From assembly GCF_001447785.1 (NCBI RefSeq), contig NW_015177078.1, positions 163,942 to 227,941 on the forward strand: a stretch of DNA of 64,000 nt, in the 5' to 3' direction. This DNA comes from Gekko japonicus (taxonomy: Eukaryota). Positions 23,979 through 34,175 of this stretch are shown here, one piece after another; position 1 is the first letter of the stretch; each line of letters starts with the position of its first letter. The notes beneath the pieces were generated by a model that was not told where the DNA came from, searched no databases, and saw nothing but the letters and a program-made list of their open reading frames with translations. A program made the translations under genes and the position numbers.

Positions 23979-25998
23979 CCCTAGCTCCCCTGGAAAATGG
24001 CTGCTGTGGTGGGTGGAATCTATACCTCTCCAAATCCCAAATCCCACCATCCCCAGGCTCCAACCCCAAATCTCCAGGTATTTCTTAACGGTGAGCGGAC
24101 AGTGGTTAAGTACGCAGACTCTAATCTGGGAGAACCGGGCTTGATTCCCCACTCCGCCACTCACAGATGCTGGATGACCTTGGGTAAGCCATAGTTCTGT
24201 CAGAGGTGTTCTTGAAAAGAGCAGTTTCTGTCAGAGCTCTCTCAGCCCCACCTACCTCACAGGGTGTCTGTTGTGGGGAGGGGAAGGGAGTTTGTAAACC
24301 GGTCTGAGACACCCTTGGGTAGTGAAGGGCGGGGTATAAATCCAATCTCTTCTCTTCTTCTAACAGGAAGTTAATAACCCTATCTCCTTCCCACCCAACA
24401 GCCAACCTACCTTTATCTGCCCCCCCCCGGTCTTAAGCACCACCCCACCGGGAGCCTCTCCCTTGGAAACCTGTGGCCTAATTTTGTGGTGCTGGTCTCT
24501 GGGCCAGGCCCAGTTGCATGGTAGGGAACCCTCAAGGACTTGTGGAGTAGCACCTTACTTTCCCCTCTATCCCCCTCCCCACACTATTTCCTCTTTTCCT
24601 CTCCCTAGCAATCCCCATATCCTCTCCCTTTCCCGCCTTATTCTCCTTCTCAGCCATTCACAGACCCATCTTCAGCTGTATTTATTATTTATTTCATTGA
24701 TACCCTGCCTTTCTCCACAGTGAGGATCAAAGCATCTTACATTGTAGTCCTTTCCTCTTTATCTGCAGAACCCTGTGAAGTAGGTTAGGTTGAAAGTATG
24801 TGACTGGTCAAAAATCACCCAGTGAGCTTCCACAACAAGATGGGAATTCAAATTTGAGTCCCCCACACCGCACTCTGAAGTGCTAACTGCTATACTACAT
24901 TAGCTTTCATAGGGTGGCTTCTGTTGAATCGTAGCAAGCAGCCAGGCGTAGCTGAATCAGGTGGTATCACTATCAAGTCACCCAGAGGGTGCTGCCAGGC
25001 CTAGGCTCGCCAGCCTCCAAATGGAAACTGGAGCGTTCCTAGAATTTATTTACCAAATTTATACCCCGCTCTCCCAGCCAAGGCCAGCTTACATAAAAAT
25101 AAAAACATATAAATAACAATTATAAACAATCCTAAAACCTTCTAACATTATAAAGTGCTAATGACCATTAATCATCTTGTTTAGCGATGACAGCCGCCAT
25201 TCAGTGATCTGCCTAAAAATCGGCCTAATAATCGCCAGAATTTCAACTGAACTCCAGTGTTTTGTTCCCCTGGAGAAAATGGCTGCTCTGGAAGATGGAC
25301 ACTATGGCATTATATCCAGCTGAAGCCTCTCCCCAAAGCCTGCCCTCCTCAGACTCAACTACAAAATCTCCAGGAATTTCCCAACCTGGAGCTGGCAACC
25401 CTTCCCAGGCCTGGCACCAATAAGGCTTCCCTCAAAGGCTAAAATAAGTCTGGAAAGGGCCCTGCCCCTTCCCCTGCCTTTTACTAACAGAACCAAGCTT
25501 AGAATCTATGACTGCTTAGCAACAGCCAATGAGATAAGTAATTACTTAAAGCTACAGGCACTTAATTTATCATTTCAGGTTTTTTTAAAACCCCAATGTA
25601 TTTAAGATTTCACATTTTTCTCAAAATCTGGGATGTTGATCAGGTTTACAGAAAGATGTCTTGCCGGTGCACAGCTCCAAACACCGACTTTATTAGAATA
25701 CACAAACGGAGAGGAGCACATTGCCAAGGCTGGCACAGCTCCAGACCCCACCACTCACATTGAAGCAGCTCCCACTGTCCTCTACTGCCACAGCCAGGCC
25801 CGAAGTGGCTCCCTGCAGCGGCCACCAACTCTTCTGGTACGTGCATTGTCTGCACATGTGCGAACACTTTTTAAATTTGGTGAGAATTTAAACCCCCAAT
25901 GTATTTTTTAAAAAACTTTTCAGATCCTTTTGGAAACCCAGAGTCCCCCACGTTTGCAGAAAAATCTGTTTGGTGTCAGTGTGGCCATGATCCATAGA
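23979..25998 (-). mobile_element. Helitron-like composite element, copy 2 (nested hAT MITEs 23979-24383 and 25002-25403; SINEs ~24097-24360 and ~24680-24910)
   Basis: Colinear homology with 47258-48957 (inverted) and 17938-19922; TSD GCCAGGCC / CCCAGGCC around the 25002 MITE. Confidence 0.6.
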
Positions 25999-27282
25999 AT
26001 CCTCCCTCAAACGCTAAAGGCTCCTTCCCGCACAGAAAACTGGACATTTATTGTATGATAAACAGTCCTGAAAGCCCCGAGACTAAGAGCACTGCCCTGA
26101 GTGGTCAATCTGGTAACTAAACTGGATTGAGACCATGCCTTTTCCCATTTTCAAGAAACAGCCTGTGAGCAGAGAGAGGCCAGGACTACACTTACAACAC
26201 GCTACAATGAGCATTTTTTCGTATTTATTTGTTCAGTTTATATCTTGCTCTACCCCACAAGCAGGTTTTGAGTGGCTCACAAGATAATAAAACAGGAGTT
26301 CATAAAATTATTCATAGAAGGGTGGAATTGTAAATAAAGCATTGTATCAACTGTAACCACCACAATCCACTAAGATGGGGAACAGGTTTGCAAACCAAAG
26401 ATCTCAACCCAATACATTATCCAGCATATCCTTACCAAGCTAAAATGGCCCAGTGGTTATAAAGATCTGGATTCGTACCACAAAAAGCATTCATGTAGAA
26501 CCACAAGGTTCANNNNNNNNNNNNNNNNNNNNNNNNNNNNNNNNNNNNNNNNNNNNNNAGCAGTAAATTTGCCCTCACCATTGCTAACATGGTTTTGCAT
26601 ATCAGTAACCAAGGAGACTGTCACAGGCAGGAGGCATGTAATCCCCCTCAAAACACTTCGCAGGGCTAAAGAACCTCCTTGCCACAGAAGTTGTAGTTCC
26701 ATACTCCAACCTACAGCTAGTTTCTATGTACTATACTCATCATTTCAGGTGTATTTTAAACAGGTGGGTCTAAAGGGAATCCCTCCCCCCCATGCAGAGC
26801 CTAACAACTTGCATCTTGGCTTACATCACACAGGGCAGCAACTGCCCAGAGACTGCTCTTGTTTACTGCATTTCCCAGTGTCAGTGGCTTGAGATGCCTT
26901 TCAGGTTTGTCAGCATTTTCACCAGGTAGTAATTACAAATGCCATTTAAACCTGGGACAACATGCTCTGCTGCTCCACTGATGTCAGGCCTTGAATAACT
27001 TTTGTTCCTGGACTCTGAATTCTTTCCAGCTTCTGTCATGTAACAACTAGAACATAGTACTCCAAAGCTGTTTTCACGTATGCTCAGTGAGGCAGAAATA
27101 CCTTCCATGAATCAGTTGTGATTTTTCTATTAATGAAACCCAGTTTGGTCTCAATAATGGTACTTCAATACTGGCTTATACTCAACTTTCATTGGCTTTG
27201 ACGCCTTCTTCATTGCTTGTTATTGTGCCCTTGAAAGATTTTGGCCACAGGTTTCTTCTTTCTGCCCTTTAATAGCCCAGAT

Positions 27283-27468
27283 TAGGGTAGCCAAACTTGC
27301 TTAACGTAACAGCCACATAGAATAAACGTCAGATGTTTGAGAGCCGCAAGGCACGAATATTACATACGTTTTTATTGAAAAATATGCAAATTTGTTTTTT
27401 ATTAACATTAAGTTAAACTGTGTGAAAGAGCTACATGTGGCTCCCGAGCTACAGTTTGGCCACCCCTG
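27283..27468. mobile_element. hAT (Charlie-like) MITE
   Basis: TIRs TAGGGTAGCCAAACT / AGTTTGGCCACCCCTG; TSD GCCCAGAT / GCCTAGAT. Confidence 0.88.
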
Positions 27469-27790
27469 GCCTAGATCAGAGAACTGTTATTTAATAAAGT
27501 TCTCATAAATCGCTATTGGTGGGATGTTCAACCCTAACAGTAGCAGCTGTGATAGAGTTTTCTGTAAAGTAAAGTTAGCTCGATCTTCAGCAATAGCGTA
27601 CCAACTACTTGTGAATGGTAATACAAGTCCTACAGTAATTAAAGCACCTCTGGTGGCTGGTTAAAGATTAGTTCAGACAAGTGCATATGAACAATCATTT
27701 AATACTTTAAATCCTCAGAATATGAAGTTAAATAGAAACTGGAAAAATCTAGCTTAAGTCTCTGCAAAACCACTTCTAAATACCCTTTAC

Positions 27791-28860
27791 CCAGGGGTCA
27801 TTTCGTAGAAAAAGAGCTGTAGGAGCTTATTAGCATATGGTATGCTAATGAGCTACTAGGCTTTTAGCATAATAGCTCATTAGCATATGCAACGCCCCCT
27901 GACATCACCGGAAGTGATGTCAGAAGGGGAAGCAAAAGGGGGGGAAGGCATCTTCAAAAGCCTCCCCTTCCCTTCTGGAGCCGGGGGGGNNNNNNNNNNN
28001 NNNNNNNNNNNNNNNNNNNNNNNNNNNNNNNNNNNNNNNNNNNNNNNNNNNNNNNNNNNNNNNNNNNNNNNNNNNNNNNNNNNNNNNNNNNNNNNNNNNN
28101 NNNNNNNNNNNNNNNNNNNNNNNNNNNNNNNNNNNNNNNNNNNNNNNNNNNNNNNNNNNNNNNNNNNNNNNNNNAAAAGAAAGAGGGCAAAGAGATGGGG
28201 GGAGGGGGCAGTTCTCCGACCCCCACTTCCCCAATCAAGCCTCCGCCACCCCCACTGATCCCTCACTTACCCTGGGAGGCGGCGGGGGGCTTCTTCTGGC
28301 CTTTCCCCGGGCCTCAGCGCTCTGGTGCTGGACCGGGGAGGCGGTGGGGGGCCTCTTCTGGCCTCCCCTGGGCCGCAGTGCTCTGGCACTGGCCTGGGAA
28401 GGCAGCGGGGGGCCTCTTCTGGCCTCCCCTGGGCAGCAGCGCTTTGGCGCTGGCCCGGAGAGGTGGCGACGGGCCTCCTCCAGCCCCCCGGGGTCCGCAG
28501 TGCTCTGGTGCAGGCCCCGGGGAAGCGGCGACGGGCCTCCTCAGGGCTACAGCACTCTGGCACGGGCCCTGGGAACACAGCGATGGGCCACCTCAGGCCT
28601 CCCCAGCGCTCCGGGGCGGGCCCTGGGAACACAGCAACACACCTCCTCAGGCCTCAGCACCCCAGCATGGTCCCCAGGAAGGCGTCAACGGGCCTCCTCA
28701 AGCCTCCCTGGGGCCACAGTGCTCCGGCGCGGGCCCCAGAAAGCCAGCAACCGGCCGTAGCACAGGGAGTTGGGGGTGGGGCTTGCTCCCACCGCCATTT
28801 TGCCAGTTTCTGGGCTCCCAGAGCAATGCTCCGGCACGCTCCGGCCCCAAAAGACCACCG
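27791..28860. mobile_element. hAT MITE related to 2239-2667, expanded by a GC-rich ~50-bp minisatellite
   Basis: Left TIR CAGGGGTCATTTCGTAGAAAAAGAGCT, degenerate right TIR; TSD CCCTTTAC / CCCTTTGC; repeated ggcctc(t)tc.ggcctcccc...cagcgctctggc units. Confidence 0.8.
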
Positions 28861-28925
28861 CCCTTTGCTTGTTAATAGTGGACAAAGTCATGTTTATATT
28901 ACAGTGCTGGAATATGTCAATGTAT

Positions 28926-28931
28926 TTTATT
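28926..28931 (-). terminator. Distal polyadenylation signal AATAAA
   Basis: TTTATT on the plus strand at the end of the TE-free UTR region. Confidence 0.65.
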
Positions 28932-29567
28932 TGCCTGTTTTTGCCTAAGCAGCTTGTAACACCCAATTCCATATAATTTTAGCTCTAAAGAACAAGAGAA
29001 ATAAAATTGTATACTTCAAATCAATAGAAAGGTCAAGGAAGATTCTTCATGAACACTGAAACCAGCAAGTATGGAATAAACAGGTGGTCTATTTAGGTCG
29101 ATTTGATACTGGTTTTAAGAAGTAAAGTAAACACATAGTACAGCTCTTGTGAGAGACTATTAGTTATGGGGAACTACAGGTAGGATCCAACATAAGATTT
29201 CTAAAAACTAAGTGGTGTGTGTGTGATTTCTGGTCAGCTCCGACCCCATGCTGTTCCTGGCAGTTGCCTGTTTCATAGAGGCATCACTGGAGGGCATTTG
29301 GGGCTCCAGCTGGAGGGGAAAGAAAGGAAGATGTACTCCACAGATGGAAACCCTTTCCATCAGTAGACATTTCCAGTGGATTGAAGCCTATATTCCTATA
29401 GGAACCATTGGAACATTTACATTGTTCTTTTAAACTAAAGTGCTCCAAATCAGCAGCTTATTAATTAGCAAAATGCATACCAAATAGTGGGTGTATGTAT
29501 GGAACATTTGGTCATGAACATGTTCAGTTCTTGAACTTTCTGCATTACAGGCTTAACATTAAACATG

Positions 29568-29707
29568 GCAGTTCATGCCCCTTTAGTGTAAGGATGCTGG
29601 TTGCTAGGCATACAAATAAGTTAGAAATAAGTTAGAAACACAATTAGCAGTTCATGCCCCTTTAGTGTAAGGATGTTGGTTGCTAGGCATACAAATACGT
29701 TAGAAAT
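29568..29707. repeat. 61-bp duplication inside the YWHAZ 3'UTR
   Basis: 29568-29628 vs 29647-29707, two mismatches, 18-bp spacer. Confidence 0.93.
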
Positions 29708-30066
29708 TTGTGTGGTGGCCAATATGAAAGACAGGGGAGGGGGATTTCAGATTCCACAAAACACAATCACGTTCACTTCTCCCTCAGCTCTCTGCCATTA
29801 CCTCTCTAGCCCTTGCCAAAGCAGTTCAGAAGAAAACAAACTGATTCTCAGACCAGGGAGACATTCTTACAAAAGATTTTTCAGGAAGAGATGGATACGG
29901 TCAACTTCAGATGCTGGAACAAAAGTGATACAAACCTGGATGCAGAGAGAATGGAATACAAAACGTAACATTTATGGTTTTACAAAAAGCCAAGATACCC
30001 TGAAAAGAACTCCAGACGTACATGAAAGCTACAGAGAAGGTAGTTGAAAAGTCCATTCATAAAACT

Positions 30067-30072
30067 TTTATT
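30067..30072 (-). terminator. Proximal polyadenylation signal AATAAA
   Basis: TTTATT on the plus strand within the conserved-looking UTR block. Confidence 0.6.
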
Positions 30073-30874
30073 CCACTTACATCAACTTAATACACATGTT
30101 CTTAACAGTTATGCTTAGATTGTTCATGANNNNNNNNNNNNNNNNNNNNNNNNNNNNNNNNNNNNNNNNNNNNNNNNNNNNNNNNNNNNNNNNNNNNNNN
30201 NNNNNNNNNNNNNNNNNNNNNNNNNNNNNNNNNNNNNNNNNNNNNNNNNNNNNNNNNNNNNNNNNNNNNNNNNNNNNNNNNNNNNNNNNNNNNNNNNNNN
30301 NNGTAATTATGGATATCAAGCATTCATTTTTACTGCATCTTTACTTGTACATTTGTTCTTAGGTTGCCTAAACCATTTAAATACAAATAAATTGTGTAGC
30401 AAAAATAATGAAAGCAACAGCAGGTAACTTTACAAGTAATGGAATGTGAACCGTTTCTGCCCTTCACTAAAGAAAATTCATTGGGTTAGCAAACCACCTT
30501 AAGGAACACTTTTCAGCTGCAATCAAGGATGTATACTTGGACCATAGTTTCCACAGATTTCACATGATTGACATGCAACATCCATGGAACAATATTGCCC
30601 TCTGCTATGTGTTCCAGCTTTGAAGTACCCACATTCATTACACCTGTGTGGCTGCAACCAATCATCCCTTTTTAACCACTGTGACAGACCAATAGGCAAG
30701 CAGTTTTCTCTTTGCTCAACATAGGAAGCTGTTTAACGTTGGCTTTTGTGGGAAGCCACAAAGTACCCAGAGTACTACGCCAAACATGTAAAACTTTTAT
30801 AAAAATTCCACATCCCTATATTGGCCACCTTGGATGAACAAAAATTCCCCAAATGTTAACTGGCTCTATTCCCC

Positions 30875-31035
30875 NNNNNNNNNNNNNNNNNNNNNNNNNN
30901 NNNNNNNNNNNNNNNNNNNNNNNNNNNNNNNNNNNNNNNNNNNNNNNNNNNNNNNNNNNNNNNNNNNNNNNNNNNNNNNNNNNNNNNNNNNNNNNNNNNN
31001 NNNNNNNNNNNNNNNNNNNNNNNNNNNNNNNNNNN
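30875..31035. other. Assembly gap overlapping the YWHAZ stop codon (other gaps: 10029-10121, 26513-26558, 27990-28174, 30130-30302, 55725-56047)
   Basis: N runs, several adjoining G or C homopolymers. Confidence 0.99.
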
Positions 31036-31093
31036 AATTCTCCCCTCCTTCTCCTGCTTCAGCTTCATCTCCTTGGGTATCCGATGTCCACAA
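31034..31093 (-). CDS. YWHAZ: 14-3-3 zeta last coding exon (exon 6)
   Basis: LWTSDTQGDEAEAGEGGEN then T of the stop at 31036; the remaining two stop bases are in the N gap. The exon total of 738 nt gives 245 aa. Confidence 0.96.
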
Positions 31094-31236
31094 CTGTTTA
31101 AGAAAAACACAATAATGTGTTATCGAGTGAAGCTTTAGGTGGTTTAGAGCTAGTGTAAATAAGCAAGCATATTTGAGTAGGCTCTAAGAAATCTATGCAT
31201 TTTTGAAATAAGGAATTATTGCAAAAGGTACACAAG

Positions 31237-31440
31237 CTGACCTAGATGACCTAGACTAGCCTCATCTCGTCAGTTCTCATAAGCTAAGCAGGGACAGCCC
31301 TGGTTAGCACTTGCATAGGAGACCACCAAGGAAGTCCAGGGTTGCAACAGAGAGGCAGACAATTGCAAACCACCTCTGAATGTATCTTGACTTGAATAAT
31401 CCACATGGTTGCCATTCATCAGCTGTGGCTTGGTGGCAAT
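31237..31440 (+). mobile_element. 5S-rRNA-derived SINE in the last YWHAZ intron (antisense to the gene)
   Basis: atctcgtcag.tctcataagctaagcagggacagccctggttagcacttg..taggagacc plus the family tail. Confidence 0.85.
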
Positions 31441-31621
31441 TTTTCACTGCCACCACACAGCTGAATGATGCAAACCCATATTCACAAATCTCACTCCATG
31501 TAGTATTTTTTAATTTAAACCTTGGTCACCTAATAAATTCGCACAAGAGTACCTAGTCAATACTGAACACCAACTGGAACCACTAAGATGATTACTGCTT
31601 TGCTTAAACACAATTTATTCA

Positions 31622-31732
<111 letters not shown>

Positions 31733-31790
31733 TTAAAAAGAGTACATTTGAACATGTAAAACTTATTACATTAATACAGAAACAGTGTTA

Positions 31791-32039
<249 letters not shown>

Positions 32040-33864
32040 TCAACAAAGCTTTGGGAAAAGATTGTTTTATAAGTTGTAAGTAACATTCTCCAAGAGCATA
32101 TTTATGTACATATTGTACTTAAATCCTGAAAACAAGATTAATAGACTGCAAAGGTTACGCTGAACTCAACAGACACCAAAACTAAAAATTTAATTGCATA
32201 ATGTTAGTAAATTACAATCTTAGTATTTTTTACCGTTGTTAACGGTGGTATGTTACACTCAACTAAGCATGCAGCCTTCCTCTGAGGAAAGAAGTTTGTC
32301 CTTCAGTGGAAGGAATCATCCTCGAAAGGTTAACTACACACTTAGCTAACTGGGCTAGACTGGCAGAGCACAATTCACTATATTCATGAGCTACCAATTT
32401 CTAGTGCATAGCCCTAAACAGCCCCCAAACAGCCTCATCTTAAAAGACTATTCAACAATTACACTGCAGGAAACTGACACGATATGGGGTTATAAACAGA
32501 AAAACAGGCCTGAAGTAGTATAAATGCTCCTGAACTGGCAACTGTCCAATCAACAGCTGCAGCAAGATGTACTGTTTTGGTAGAAATGTTTTAAATAAGT
32601 AATAAATAAGGGGTTAAAACTGTATCTTGCTGTACCAAGAGGACTGGGGAGGTTGCAGTTCATCTGCATACCCTTCTAGTAGCTTCTACTTGAAGACACC
32701 AGAGATCATCACAAGCTTAAAGTGCTTCTTGTCATTCCCATCCCTGGAAGGTCAGCAGGCCAAAAGGCAACTGCTGCTATATTTCTCAGGCAGCACTGCA
32801 CCACAGGAGTTTCAGGGAGCCCTTAAAGCACTGAAGGAGGCAAAGGATGCTCCACTGGCAGGGCCAGGACAGCACATGACTGAAAGGGTGCCCCAGCAGT
32901 GAAGTGTCAGGCCCAAGGAGAAAGTATCAGAAGTTAGGAAAATTGAGCATCTATGTGAGGTGGTCACGAGTGGTATCCATTTATATTTAAATATTAACTT
33001 AAAATACAACAATTAAAATACATAAAATACAATTAAATATTAACTTAAAGTACAACAACAAAGAAGGAACTAGACCCACTGAAGCTTAGTGTTAAAAGGC
33101 TGCAAAACAACTTTTAAACGTATCCATGAGGAAAGTCAACAGGAGTGCAGAAGCCTCTTATTTGGAAAAATTCACCTCCCAAAGATGATGACCAAAGCTT
33201 GTCAGATCATCTTAGAGGGATAAAGCAGAAATAGTGGGTGAGTGAAGACAAAAGAAAAACTGTATACAGTGAAGTTATTTTAAAAGAAATTAGTATGCCT
33301 CTGAGTTAAGATGGGAGAACTGGAATTATCTTCAGACTGGTTGGGTAAATGTTAAAAGTGTGACAGAGGTTTCTAGACAAGTAAACTATACCTGAGAATA
33401 TTTAGCTATAGATCTGACTTGGGGGGAGATCACCTGGAGTGATACTTGAGATTCAGTGCAGAAGGTAAAAGTGGTTGAACCACACGGTTATAGTAATCAC
33501 AGCCTTCTCAAATTCCACATACATGTGCCTGAAAGGTCCATCACAGCAACATTAAACTTCAAAAGCCGTACCCACAAAGATTAAAGGATTAGTTCAGAGG
33601 AAGGTCCAGTCTCTTCATGATGCTTTGATAGTATTTAAAACCACAATAGTACATTCTAGCTGAGCAGAAAAGGCAAAAGCAATGTGACCTATTTTAAAAA
33701 CAGAAGTCTAGTGCAAATGAGGGAAATCTGAGGGAGCATGAACTCTGCCAAAGGAACCACAAGGCTATAGGATGATAAACCAAAAACGAATTTGAAGAGA
33801 GCATTACTAAAATCACTAAGGCACCCAACAAGAACTTAACTGGTTAAGAGAGAAGGCAGAATAT

Positions 33865-34175
33865 GGGAAAACAGGCACTTTTTGCAGTGGCGGGAGGTGA
33901 GCAGTAGGGTCCCCAAGGGATCTGTTTTGGGACATGTATTATTTAATTTATCCATGAATGATCTAGAATTGAAGAGTGAGGTACTGAAGTTTGCAAACTA
34001 CACTACTAAATTGTTCATGATGGTAAAACAAAGTGGGATTGTGAGACACTCAGAAGGACCTCTCCCAACGGGTGAATTCATTGTTAATGAAGAACAAAAT
34101 ACTGAATCAAGACAAAAAGATCCTAATTGCACGTATATGCTGAAGAAGTCTGAGCTAAGTGTGACAGACCAAGAT
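33865..34175 (+). mobile_element. Degenerate CR1 reverse-transcriptase fragment (followed by an L2 remnant to ~34870)
   Basis: WREVSSRVPKGSVLGHVLFNLSMNDL...KFANYTTKLF corresponds to the SGVPQGSVLGP...FADDTKL RT motifs. Confidence 0.8.

Larger units (their letters stand above)
28905..31033 (-). other. YWHAZ: YWHAZ 3'UTR (~2.1 kb, two gaps)
   Basis: TE-free AT-rich sequence after the stop codon, ending at a distal AATAAA. The segment near 30050-30130 resembles the mammalian YWHAZ 3'UTR as recalled. Confidence 0.75.

Noticed and set aside
28195-28948. 226/207/138-aa ORFs
   Set aside because: They are translations of the GC-rich minisatellite inside a MITE.
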